In this document: one piece after another, positions 10,276 to 23,304 of the stretch | How positions within the stretch are numbered: position 1 is the first letter of the stretch | Layout: each line of letters starts with the position of its first letter | Assembly (NCBI GenBank): GCA_964234715.1 | Contig: OZ174276.1 | Strand: one strand, 5' to 3' | Origin: Podarcis melisellensis | Lineage: Eukaryota | Length of the DNA stretch: 64,000 nt | Notes under the pieces: model-generated | What the model was told of the DNA's origin: nothing | The model's database searches: none | What the model saw: only the letters and a program-made list of their open reading frames with translations | Position numbers and translations under genes: made by a program

Positions 10276-13200
10276 TTTGTCACTTGGCAGAAGTCCATGG
10301 TGAAAGCATTCAGAAAGAAATAGTCTGGACAGTAAAATCCTTCCAACTCCCACAGTCTCCCCAAAGAAAAATAAACCCCAAGCTTAGTTAATATTTTGTC
10401 TCGTTAGGCTTCCAAGAGCAGAAATCTAAAAATTTAGAGTGATAAGACGCAGGATTGTGAGCTGCTCTGGTAGGCAGTTTGGATCTGATACTCATAATTA
10501 TATCCTTGTTATTTACTCTTTCTTGAAACTCAGAAGAGGCTTTGGCATGTCTAGTGAGAAAATGCTGTTGTGTGTCCCCCCCCCCCCACAGCCTTTCACC
10601 TTAAAGCAATGGGTAAGGGGGGTCTAGCATGCCTATGCAGGCTGGGTGAGCGGAAGAGGCCAGCAACACCTAGTTAATTACATTTGCATATGCAGCTGTT
10701 CAAATAGAGCCTCTCTGGTGCCTGCTCTCACCTCGTGGGGGATTTGGAGCAGCTGTTGCTAGACCCGGCAATCTGGCTCTGCCATTGGAGGGTTGGGGAG
10801 CGTCCCCGGGACGCCCCCTCAACCATCTATCATTTCAAAGGCCAAGTAATTAGTTATATTTGAATACAAAGAGGGGAAACCTGGCATTGTGTGAACATCC
10901 AGGGGCAGCTGCTTATAGTTTGGTTTCCAAGGATACGTGTCCAGGAGTTAAATCACTGCTTGATATTTCTGGAAAAAGTGCAGAAATGTGATAATCAGAA
11001 TTTGACGCCTGCTGTTTATTTTATAGCACATCCTGCAAGTCGGTGGAGGCTTCCCTGTGATTTTAGGTGGTTGTTTAATTTTCCTTTAAAAACAGAGGAA
11101 AAAAATACAATTGGCTATCGTGCTGAGGTTCTGTTGAGGTCATGACTTAGTTTGTTTTGTTTTGTGGGAGCTGGGTGAAAATCATATGTGGCCCGCTTTC
11201 GTGATTCTGCATGCGTTTTTTTGAAGCTCTTTAATTCCCTTCACCAGAAAGATGGGTATTTCAAAAGCAGATGCTAGGCAGCAGAAATATAGGGTGCAGA
11301 TAGCAGAAGGATGGTGGAAAGGTCCAGGATAAAGACTTTCCCGCTTATAAGGGCAATCTTAAGGTGCACGTCAGCCTCCAAAATAGAGATGATAAGGATT
11401 CATAGTATTTCATTCCTAAAAGCAAGGACATCCAGGGTGCTTTTTCTCGGTTAAAGATACCTTGGTTAACATACCTTGTTCCACCTAAAAGATTTCGCAT
11501 ATCCAACCAGCCAGTCTGTTGCTGTTGCTGCTTTTCCTTTCCCTCCTCCTTCTTTCTTTTCATATCTGAAACAAAACTGAGAGAGCTATTAGGAGCAGTG
11601 CACACATCTTTCCCTCCACCACATGAAACCATGTGCAGTGTGAACTGGCCCTTCCTCATGAGTGCCTGATCACATGCAGGACTGATCTGTAGCATTTCTG
11701 AACTTCAAGAAAATGGCACGACAGTCACATAAACCAATAGTTTGTGCAGTTGGCCATTCATGCTGAGGGCCTGTTTGTGTAGTAGAGGAGAGGGACCAGC
11801 TTATGTTTGCTCTTCATCCAACTGCAGCCCTACTGTTGGGCTATGATCTGGGGCCGAGGCATTGACCATTTTTTCAAATAAAATGAAAGTGAAAAATTTA
11901 TTTTTCAAATAAATGAGGAGGCCAATCTTGAGGAAAGCATCTGAATCCACGGTGTTGTGTGGTGGATTTCACTGTCTCATTGCTGCTGTAGATGGTGTTC
12001 AGTTAACTCTATCCTCCCTTTGGAGTCCTCAAAAAGAAGGAAGGGTGGAATAAATTGCCCTCCACCCCCCCCCCCCCCGCCGCTTTCACTAGAGAAATAT
12101 AACTGCAAAGTAATTGATTGCCAAAACAGTGGTGAGTGACATTGTGGATCTGTGATGCCTGTCCTGTAGATGTACATGGGACTGTAATGTTTGGAAATAA
12201 GGGACACGTATCATTTCCCTGTATTCATCCTGGTCTGTGGAGTCTGGGCCAGAGACCTCTGTGGTGCATATGTGTTTCATGGAAAGTGCCATAAGCCACA
12301 CAAATCCCTGGTTACTCGAAAGGTCTTCTCTGTTGCAGTTTTCAGTCTTCCCAGTCATATTCCTTGATGGCTCAATATAACATTTGATGGCCTTTTCATA
12401 TTTGCCTTTGAAATGCTCTCCAAATTTCTGCGGTCTCTCTCTCCCTTCATTTCGAGGGTTCAGATTTGCTCCTTGTCTCTGCTCTCCGTGGATTCTCATC
12501 GTGGAGCAGGAGAGACTGCTTTAGGGTGGGTTTATTTACCTAATAAACTGGCTCTTGTATCGTCTAGGAAATGCTGACATTTTTGAAAGAGGAACTCCTA
12601 GTAACAGGCAAACAAAGGTCCAGCAGTTAGGTCTGGTGAAACAACGAAATGAAGGTCAGCGAATATTGCCCTCAGCCTCTTTCCCGGTGGCCATGACAGC
12701 AGCGGAGGTTTATTTGAAGATCCCAGACTCAGAGTCATTGCTTGCATTGTCACCCATCTGAGCGTTCGAGTCTGTGCCAACAGTTTGGGATATTAATGTA
12801 TTCCACAGATCAGTGAAAAAAGGAATTCCTCTGCACGTCTTTCTTTTCTTTTCTTTTCTTTTTTTGTTTTCCCTAATTTCCCCCCCTCTCACTCCTTTCC
12901 ATACACTTTGTTTGCAGTGCCTTTGTCTGGCGGATGTTGCTGGGCATTTCTAATGAGAAAGCAAAGAATTGTGGAGAGGGAGGGGGAGGGGTGTGTTAGC
13001 ACTTTTAAAACATAAGGTGAAAGTTTTTTACAAGCTAGTCAGGTGCATAGAAATTCGTATTCTGGTTGGGATTGTGAATGCAAATATACAGTAGAAAGCT
13101 CCCTTTCTGACACATAAATCTCCTTGATTTGCTTCCTGGAGCAAGAAAGTACTTTAGGAAAAATTAAACACTGCTGCTCCACAGGATGCCATGCCTCAGT

Positions 13201-14861
13201 GCTTCTTTAGTATTCATCCGTGCTTCATTACCACAGCCACCTCTCAGCCCACCCTGAGCAGCTGCTAAAAGGGGCAAAATTACAGCAATTCATACTGTGG
13301 GTGACTTACTGCCAGGGAATAATTGGTTTCTGTTTGCAAGGGACATTATCACAGCGAAGCTTGGAAAACAGAAATTGTTTGCTGGTTTTGGGGAAGGGGG
13401 GTGTTCAATGGAATGTATTTATCAAGATTTTCACAGGATTTGTAGAAAGGGCAGCTCAATGGAAAGAAAAGCTGTTGTTGTTCTTGCGAAGAGACAATTA
13501 TCTAATAAAGAAATGGGTCAGGCAAAGGAATTTGCACAGGTTTCTTAAACGTATCTGTTTATGCGGCTTCCCTAGCAGGAATTGTACTTAATACTTAGAT
13601 ATTTTTTTAATATATTCTTTGATCCTTCATGGAAATGTTAATGAGACGAAATGGGCTAAAGAGCTCTCCAGACACTGCCTGGAGAGGGAGGAATGAAATG
13701 CAGACCCTCTGGAGGGCTTCTGACACACAAGAAGTCCCTTTGTTTCCTGTTTTACAAACCAGAGACATGTCTAAAATCAGCAGCAAAAGAGAGCAGGCTG
13801 AAGAGGCAGTGCCGAAGACTAGGCTTTCTATATTTTAAAGGGGGGGGGTTGTTTGTTGCTGGCTGTGAATGCCTTGGCGTGCTTGATAGGCAGTGTTCTG
13901 TGGCTGTTTGAAGTCCAGAATGAAGGTACTCAGAAGATGTGAGCAGGATGTGGTTAGGCCGTCTTTCACTTAGACTTAATTAAGAATCTTGCAGGCTTTG
14001 TCTCTTGGGGAGCCTGTTTCTGTGAATAGGGAGCTTGGCCCCAAAATTGTATATACCAGGCCCACTGCCTTTGTGTTGGGTTGCCAAACTGAAGACAGTA
14101 GCAAGTGCAGGCCCCATGTTGCTGGAGGTCATCCTCTTGTTCGGAGAAGTGAGCCCACATCCCCAAGAGAAAGCGAGAGGAGCTGGAGGGAGCCTTTCTT
14201 AGGAACCGGAGAGTAACCAACCTTTATATATGTGTGCGTGTGTGTGTATAAATAAAAAGCCAGTGGGAGGTAGAAGAGGTTTTGTAACACTTTCCAGCGG
14301 ATGATTGTTTAGCCTTAAGGAAGGTCAGAGGCTAAACCACAAAGGGCAAACACTTTTCCTCAAGGAGTCAACACTGGGTCCATTTCTGTATGTGGGACTA
14401 TATCTGGGGTTTCATACCCAGATATTAACGAGTCCAGGTATACAATTTATAACCTATGATGTTCCCTTCTAGAGGAGTCAGATTTATTTTTACTACTTTA
14501 ATGATTAACAAAAAAAGATGCATTGTTATTTTGGCTTTTCACAGGACAAATCCTAGCACTTGGAGAGAGTTGTACAAAGCTTAATGGCTGGCCTTCCATT
14601 TTCAGCAAAAACCTAAACTCCTGGTTATGGTTTTAGATAAGCCATAAGGTCAGGTCTTTCTATTCATTTGCATGAGAATTAATGCCTATAGAAGTGACCT
14701 TTGCCTCTCAGTTCATCAGAGGTCTTGGTAGTTGTAACTGTGTTTAGGGGAGAGAAGTCAAACAGGTGAATAGTGAGGTGGCCTGGATAGGCACTTGAAG
14801 GACTCTCTATCCTCTATCCCATAGGCTGTGAACATGATTGGATGAGGTAGGTCAGGAGCAG

Positions 14862-14972
14862 CCGCTGTGTTCCCCTCCAGATGTTCTGACCACCCTGCGT
14901 CATTGCCAATGCTGTCTGTGGTTGATGAGTTGCAGTCCATAACATCTAGAGGGACCAGGTTGGCTACCCTCG
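14862..14972. mobile_element. Old hAT-type MITE remnant
   Basis: Inverted pair ccctccagatgtt / aacatctagaggg around a diverged core (gatgagttgcagtcca). Confidence 0.5.
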
Positions 14973-16368
14973 AGGTAGGAGTGATGTCTCTGCTAGAAAA
15001 GCAACTGAGAAGAAACTTGGACCATGCTCTTAACTTGCCATTCATGGGGCACAACGATAGAGAGAGTCTAACTCTGTGCATTCCTGCATGAGACTGGTAG
15101 TTTTAAATCTGTTTCATTCTGGCTTTAGGCCAGATTTGGGCCCAGAGACTTCTCTGCTTGTAGTGGGCAATCTCAGCTGTTTCTACTATACCTGCTGATG
15201 CCATTTGACAGTAGCATCCTTCTGAATCATATTGCGGGGATGAGGTGATTCTGCTTCCTTTCTGACTGGTATAAGACGGTATTATTAACAGATGTTCAGT
15301 CTATTTCCCCACCATTCTTGTTTCTGTTTTGGGGAGTGGAGATCCACTTGTGAATCAGCATCTAAAAGCTCTTGTGGTTAGATAAGGTGGAATAGACTTT
15401 AAGCAGAAGGCAGACAGTACTTGGAAGGACAGTACTTGGAATGGAAGGAATGGAAGATGCAGTACTTCCTTCCATTCATACTCACTTAGAAGATCAGATA
15501 CCTAACCTAGAAATGTCCCTAGTGGCCATGGGTGCTTTTTTCACTTACACTCAGTATTAGCTGCTGCAACTCTTATTGGAAGGTAAGACCTTCCTGGTGC
15601 TGGGGGTCATCACTCATACTTGAATTATCTTAAGAATTTGATTTGTATAATATGCTCTGTGTGAACATGCCTGGAAGCTTAGCTTATGCAAAACTTTACT
15701 TGTATGATGAGGTATGAGACACTACCTGCATATTTAGAAATTCCACTGGTTACATGCTTGCTTTTTAAGAACAATTCATGGTGGTTATTTATGCAGCCCT
15801 GCATGGCTAAGTCACAGGTATCTCAATAAACACATGCCATATTAAAGTATTCCACGTGTTTGGATCTTAAGGAGAGTTTCCTACTCTGTATATTTCTTTT
15901 TCCAAAGAGAGGGAGGCATTTAGTGGAGGCGTTCGTATTGAGAGATTTTGTTCTTTCATAGCAATATTAAAAATAGAACATCGGGGGTTGGAGTTTCTAA
16001 GTTTACTCTCAAGCTGAGTTGCTCTAGCCCTTCATTCTCTCTGCTGATACTTGTGCACACAGAAAAGAGAAAAATATTTGCACATGGATTAACATTTTCT
16101 AGAACTTATTGCCATTTGTAGGGCAGGGAGAAAACAACAGGATTAGGCAGAGATTCGAATTAACGTACAGTCATTTTGGATTCTGGTTTATGAGGTGAAT
16201 TCATAGGTTTAATTTGCTGCCATGCAGTTTCCACAATGAGTTGCATTTGGAATGAGTTGCAGTTAAAGTTCTTTTGGGGAGAGAAACAGTCAGACTTCTG
16301 ATTAACTGAGGCAACCCTAGTTAAAACTAAGAGTGAGTGCCCAAAACAAAATCCCTTATACTTTATAG

Positions 16369-16486
16369 CAGCCTCCCTCAACCTTGGGTCCCCAGATGTT
16401 GTTGGACTACAACTCCCATCATTCCTAGCTAGCAGGACCAGTGATCAGGAATGATGGCAGTTGTAGTTGAGGGTTGAGAGAGGCTG
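16369..16486. mobile_element. hAT MITE, 118 bp, one arm internally deleted
   Basis: TIRs cagcctccctcaacc / ggttgagagaggctg. Perfect TSD ctttatag (16361-16368, 16487-16494). Shares the MITE core. Confidence 0.9.
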
Positions 16487-19400
16487 CTTTATAGGTATTA
16501 GAGTATGACTTGGGACCTGGGGGTTCATTACCACTACTACTACTACTTCTAATGTTTTTCAAAGTTTCAATACATACATGTTCTACATATTTTCTTCCAT
16601 CGATTCTTGTTGAATCCATATGAGCATCTTTCTGTCCTCAGTTACTGCAGAGCAGAGCAAATCCTTCTTTAAGGATTTTTCAATGCAGAACTGAGATTGG
16701 CTTTGCTTAAATTGTATGAGTAATAGCAGCTTCCTACTTTAGGGTTTGGTTGCTTACATCTCACTGTGTTTAAATGCCTTCCCCTCATAAGCTAGCTCGT
16801 TCAACATCACTGAACAAGGTGGTTCAGTGGATTAAATGTTGGACACCGGAAGCCCTTTGACAAGTCACTACCTCTTGGCCGTCTTTCTCTATATCTGCAA
16901 AAAGGGGATAGCCCATGAGTGGATGTTCGTGAATGAATGAGGTATGGAAAGTTCAATTGCAAGTTTAAATAATCAGTTTGCACTCCTGTGGCTGTTTTAT
17001 AACAACTATATGATCTACTTGTGGAAGCCTTTTGCTTATCTTTTGTTGTTGATCAGGCAAAGCTCCCTTTTTGGACTCCTGCAGCGCTTGTCCTTAGCAG
17101 TTTGCACCAAAGGACTGAGGAAGTAGCTTAGGGTTGGTTGTTTAGGTTTCCTCTCAGTAACTTTATCTGAGCACTTTCTGTTCCTATCTACTTTCTCATG
17201 GATAATCTCCTTTCATTCTGTTGAACTCTTCCTGTAAAACAGTTTCTGCTGAATAGCACATGAGTAGTGGGCTATTTTCACAGCATGCTATGCTTCAAGC
17301 TTCCTTCTGTGCATGTAAACCTATAAAGAGGCTCATCATTTATTCAGCCACAGGTAATTCTCATGCACGCTTAACATACCAAAGAGAAAAGTGTGTGTAA
17401 GGAAGGAAGTAGGCTGAGAGGAAAGAGGCAACACTCTTCCCTTATTTTCTCTCTTAAATGAATTTGATAACCAAAGCTACAAAATCAGGAAAGGGAGGAG
17501 AATATTTGGGCTCCAGTTTGTGGCTGATAATGTTGAAGACTGAATTATAAGGAGGAAAGAACTGGTAAAATCAGGCAGTGTAACTTGGTGTCAAGACAGC
17601 CGCAGAGTTTTTTCTAAGCACCCATTCTTGCCACGGTATGTATGTGTGTCTTTAGTGGGCATGATCTATCAAAGTGATTTAGCCAGAGATGCATCTGCAT
17701 TTTTGAAAAGGCTGTTTTTGCAGCAGCTAGCGATGAAGCTTTCTTTTGCACAAATAAGTGTGTTCTTTTCCACCTGCCATACCATTGGTAGAAGAGTATT
17801 GGAAGCGTCTTTAAAGGTTCTTGATAGCAGATTATCCAAATGCAGTTGATGAATGTTCACTGTCAGGAGCAGGAGATTTGGAGTCTGCATTTCCCAGGGT
17901 CTAATCATCTCATAGGGCAGCTGAGTGTGACTCCTTCCCCAATAATCTACTTAACTCAGTAGTTTTCCCCTCCTGTTGCCTCACAAGGAGAAAGAGGCTC
18001 CTAGGCTGTTTGCATGATAAGTAGCTTCAGACTCTCCAAGCCTTTGAAGGGAAAGCTGAGAGTTAATTGTGGCAGCTTGAACTAATGGTTTCCCATGTTT
18101 ACTGGTAGGTTAAGTGAGAAAGAGAGCTTGAAAAACACCCTTCATTTAAGTGCAGTAATGGGCCTTACAGTGAATTTCAAGAGACAACATGTTAATAACT
18201 ATTCTCTGTTCTGGGGGAAAGTGTTCGCCATGTTCTAAGGCTGATGGATTTGCAGGAAGGGTATACATCAGGGTTTTCTCTTGGGGGAAATTAACTGGGA
18301 AATACTCTTGTTTAACTTTTTCAACATCTGCATAACCACTGTGGAGAGTTACCAGCAAGCTGAGTGGCCTTTAGGTGGTAATTGATCATGTCTCACGAAA
18401 GTCCAACTCACTGCATGTAAAAATGCCTACCTGTGTATGTAGGAGATACACATACCCACAGGACTCATTTTACAAGTAAACCAAATATATGCTACTCCAT
18501 AACTATTGTACAATGCTGTGCTTTAGGTTTGCGCTGTTCATTTAAGTTTAGAATCATGGTTAGAAGCATTGTATTTGCCGTCAAATGGTAAAATAATTCC
18601 TGGATTTTCATGCGAAAAACAGCCAAAGAAGTGTTAATATCTTCAGCAGATTTATTAGACTGCACATAATCACAATGTCTGAAAACTTTACATAGAACTT
18701 AAATGCTTAAAAATCATCCCAGTTTCCAGGAACATTACAGGATGGTGCACCCTGGGCCACATCATAATGTACAGAACTAACACTGGTTTGAGTTACTTAG
18801 GTATTCTGGAAACCAATTTAAGGTGAATTATTTCGAGACACTCCATTCAGGTGTGCAACATGAGCATGGAGCAATTCTGGCAGTAGACTTGTAACAGCTG
18901 TTACAAGCTGTTAGGCAACTGCGATCAAATTTGCAAGTTTAAAGGAATGACACAAGCAACTGCGGCTGAGTGTATCATTTGTATCCCTTTTTTTCTAATA
19001 AAATTGTGGTGTGTTCTTGGAGTCCCAGATGTCTCTAAATTGCATTGTTACCCAGTTTATAGATCGGTGATTCCTTAACATGGATTGATGATCTAGTAAC
19101 AGGTCACAGGAGGCTTGTGGTGCTACCGCCAAAGTTTCAGCAATGAGCCTTGAAGAGAAGCACAGCAAAAGGTGCTAATGGGGCTTCACTTTAGAAAGTT
19201 AGGCATGTGTTGGTGGTTCTCCAGTAGGGCTGCAGGGGTGCGACACAGAGTAGGATATATTTGGTCTTAAGTCATCTACCTGTAAAATGAGTCAGAGATG
19301 TGTGAGATCATACTCATGCTGTGGGCTGGGAAGGGGTGACAGAGGGACTCCCATTTTTTGTTTTATGGTATGAGGACAAAATGCCAGCAATGCCTGATGC

Positions 19401-20568
19401 AATTAAAACTTAATAAAGATAAGGTGCGAACTCATATTGGCTAGATTGAGGTCTATGGCTCTTGAAGCCAAGTTGGCATGATTTGTGCATTCTTTCAGCC
19501 CTGATGAAATGAAAAGTGAAGGAATGTTGCATGAAACAAATCAGTTTGGATACTTCAGCAAAATCTCACTTGTGTGCTTTGAGGGTGGAGGGGAATGCAT
19601 CCCAGTCTGTTTGATTCTCATTGCCAAGTATTCAGTCAGAGATGCTGGAGTCCCTTGCCTCTCTTGCATTAGACGTGTGTTGGAACTGATGGACAAGGGT
19701 TCACCAATAGTCGCAGGACTGGAAAAGAAATGTATATCCTCCGAGCTATAGGATGGCTTGAGTTGCTTAAATGAGGATTTAGGAACATAAATACTGAAGG
19801 CGCTTGTGTTCTCTTGCTTTGTATAATACCTTAGCTTCTGTCTTGAAGAGTGAATATGTATTATCAGGCAGAGCATAAACTCAAAGTGTGTGTGTTAGTG
19901 GAATTCTTAATATATTATTTAATATCTGCATTTCCCATGGGATGTGTGCATTAATCCATCACACAAAAATCTGTTTGCTTCATAGGTTTGTTCTCTTCAG
20001 GATGAAAAATTATGTAGCTGGAATTTTTCATGCTTAATTTCTCAAAAACTGATTTATGATGGCAGTGGAGCTAAGAGTTTTTCATTTGTGATAACAGGGC
20101 TATGATGGAAATAGAGAATATGAGCCTGGGGACTGGGTAACCCATACTGAAATGTTTATTGCTGTCTTTGAAATGCAACATATTAGGATGAAGATGTGTC
20201 TTGGTAAAAGAGAACAGAGCAGTACCAGGCCTAGGGGATATTTTTAGTCTTCCAATAACTGAATGCATTAAAGAGAAATCACTTTCATTGTCATACTGTG
20301 ATCAAGAATGCAGAAGTATTCCAGGGACCACAAGGCCCATAAGGATCTAATATTTTCAATATACCCTTCTATTTGGGTATAGACCTTTTTTGCATTAACA
20401 TGGAAAAAAACCCCAGCCAGTGTATTTCTCCCAAAATATCCTTTCTTTTTGTTGTGCTGATGTAGTTGTCTGAGTCAGGGCTCACTTTTTCTTTTGCTGG
20501 AATGTCTACATGCCTGCTCGTATGTTGTGCATGAAGAAGACAATAATTCTAGAGAAAATGTCTATTCT

Positions 20569-20904
20569 GTAAAAGGTAAAGAGACCCCTGACCGTTAGGT
20601 CCAGTTGCGGACAACTCTGGGGTTGCGACGCTCATCTCGCTTTACTGGCCGAGGGAGCCGGCATACAGCTTCCAGGTCATGTGGCCAGCATGACTAAGCC
20701 GTTTCTGACGAACCAGAGCAGTGCATAGAAACACCGTTTCCCTTCCCGCCAGAGCGGTCCTATTTATCTGCTTGTGCTGCATGCTTTTGAACTGCTAGGG
20801 TGGCAGGAGCTGGGACCGAACAACGGGAGCTCACCCCGTCGCGGGGATTCGAACTACCAACCTTCTGATCGGCAAGCCCTAGGCTCAGTGGTTTAACCCA
20901 CAGC
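20569..20904 (-). mobile_element. Sauria SINE (near full length)
   Basis: Minus-strand tRNA-like head with B-box (ggtagttcgaatccc), Sauria SINE body (gtcatgctggccacatgacc) and tttaccttt tail. Confidence 0.9.
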
Positions 20905-21616
20905 TTATGCTACATTTGTGGGTGGGTGTTTTTTTGTTGGTGTGGGGGGGGATAGAGACCAGGTTGCAGTAGCTTGGTTGAGAGCACGCTCAAGTGGCTG
21001 TTGCTGAACTCACAACTGGAGGTACTCACTGTTCCAATTTGAGCAATTGTTGTGGCTCAGGAAAGGGCTTCCATGACGACAAAATCATGGTACAGTCCCA
21101 GTGTGAGGGTGCTAGTTAATACAAGCAGCACTTGCATCTCAGTGCTTCCTGGCTGCTATCTCAGCATGCTTCTGCATTATTGAAGGTAGGGAGGTAACCA
21201 AACTGTGCATCTCTTTAGTTATTGTCTTATCTTACTATAGAATGTTTTTGTAAGAAAAAGGTAATTATGCCTCTTGGCGGCCTCTTAGCACAGGGAGAGC
21301 AGGTGGAATGAGTGAGAAAATTGTCGCAGTGAGCAAACGAGCAGGCAGCTGAGTGGCCCAAGTGGTCTTTCCCTGCTCCCCTGTCACTGCCACCACCCAC
21401 CTGCTTGCTTGTTAGCTCGTTCACATGCACAAGCCACAAGCTAAGGAAAGCCCAGGGTCCTAGCGGGGAACCTGGCTGAGCGAATGAGCAGGCGAGCCAT
21501 CAGGCCTTCATGTGCTTCCTGTTGCTGCAGCCCTTTGTCTGCTATCACTGTCAAAAGGCACACTTCCTCCTCTTCATTCCTCTGTGAGGGGTGGCCAAGG
21601 AGGAAATGAGATTGTC

Positions 21617-21797
21617 TTAGAATTGTAGAGTTGGAAGGGATCCCTGAGGATCCTCTAGTCCAACCCCTTGCAATGCAGGAATCTCAACTAAAGCATCCAT
21701 GGCTGATGGCCATTCAACCTCTGCTTAAAAACCTCCAAGGAAGGAGAGTTCACCACCTTCCAAGAGACTCTTCCTGATGTTTAGCTGGAATCTTTTG
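21617..21797 (-). mobile_element. CR1 LINE 3'-end fragment
   Basis: agaattgtagagttggaagggatccc...tagtccaacccc...aacctctgcttaaaaacctccaaggaaggagag is the typical reverse complement of a CR1 3' end. Confidence 0.8.
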
Positions 21798-23304
21798 AAG
21801 ATGGAAACAACATTTGCTTATCTCGAGTCCACAAGGACTGTTCTCCAAGAATTCTCAAATATTGTAGACAGAGGCTCTGAGATTACACTTTTGGTCAACT
21901 AATATCCTTATTTGCTCACAGCTTCCCCCATTTCATAGCCAGCAGTGGGAGCTCCTTGTGTTTTTGGAGCTGCAGACTGTGGGCTATAGGCATTTGAAAT
22001 TACTCTTTCCCCACAACGCTATACAGAGGCAGTTTGTATCCTGTGAGTAACTTTTTTGCTTATGCTTTTTATTTATATGTTTGTCACTGAATCATGTCTG
22101 TTGTCTCTGTTTAGTTTCATTTTATTTTCAAGCTAAAAGGGCTCTATCAAGTAGTAGTTATGAACCCACCTGAGTGTTTGTAAGGGTAGAGGTATGATTG
22201 GAAATACCATAGAGAGACAAAGTAGTATCTTTTGACTGGACCACTACATGAAATGGAAATGTTTCAAAATATGCTCAAAGCAAGCAATCCTCTGATTGGA
22301 AAGGTTTGCTCTAAATGGAGGGTTTGAAGCAACTCTTCTTTCTGGAAAGAAAATAGGCCGTCTTTGAAATTCCACTTGGAAATAGCGATGCATATTATCT
22401 GGCATTGATTTCTCTTTTAGAAAAGTAGCAACAGATTATATATATATATATGATGGAACCAGAAATGGACGTCTAACAATGATAGATGAGGGGAAACACT
22501 TATCTCATTTCCTCTCATTCAGTTGGGTTATGCATGTGGTTTGGGACCATAAACTCTAGGGATTATTTCATCATAGAGACAATAAACATTTTGGACTGAA
22601 AACTCACTACACACTTTTTCTGACTGAGTTTGACATGCAGGAATTCTCATGGACTTCTGCTTTTTATTTTCTCTTCTTCTCATTGCTTTGCCAGCCAGTC
22701 TCAGTGAAAAAGAAAAGAGTGTTTCTTACCAACTGTTGGATTGGGCTGTGAAGATTTTGAAACTGTTGTATCTGCACACATTTATTTCTGACTGGCATTC
22801 CTGTAGAGTGATTATAGCTTTAATCATTTTTAATCTTTCAGACTGGAATGGTGATCATAAATAAATGCATAAAACAATCTCAGGTGTTTCCGTGATTAAA
22901 GGATGCAGCTTGCCTTGTTTGATCTTGGAGGAGCTGTTGGGGTCAACGGTTCATACAATAAAGTTGATGGTGGCCTTGGAGGAAGATGTTATTAAATCAA
23001 AGGTGCAGGTTGTAATCCTCCTGGGCAGACTCTGTCTTGCCCTTGGGATGTCTACAGTGCCTAGAAGAATGACAGTTTTAAAATGTGCACAGGTGTTGAT
23101 TTAGCACCAAGAACTGTTGTTTACAATACAGCCTGAGTTGGAAACTGCAGCTATTTTATCAAAGTATTATAAATCACTTAAAGCATTTTAAATCTGTTAA
23201 AATATGGATAAAAATGGAAGACAAATTGCACTTCAGACCTGAGCAACATATTGCACTTATGTGACACTAGAAATTAGACCAGAACTGCTAATTCATACAG
23301 GTTA

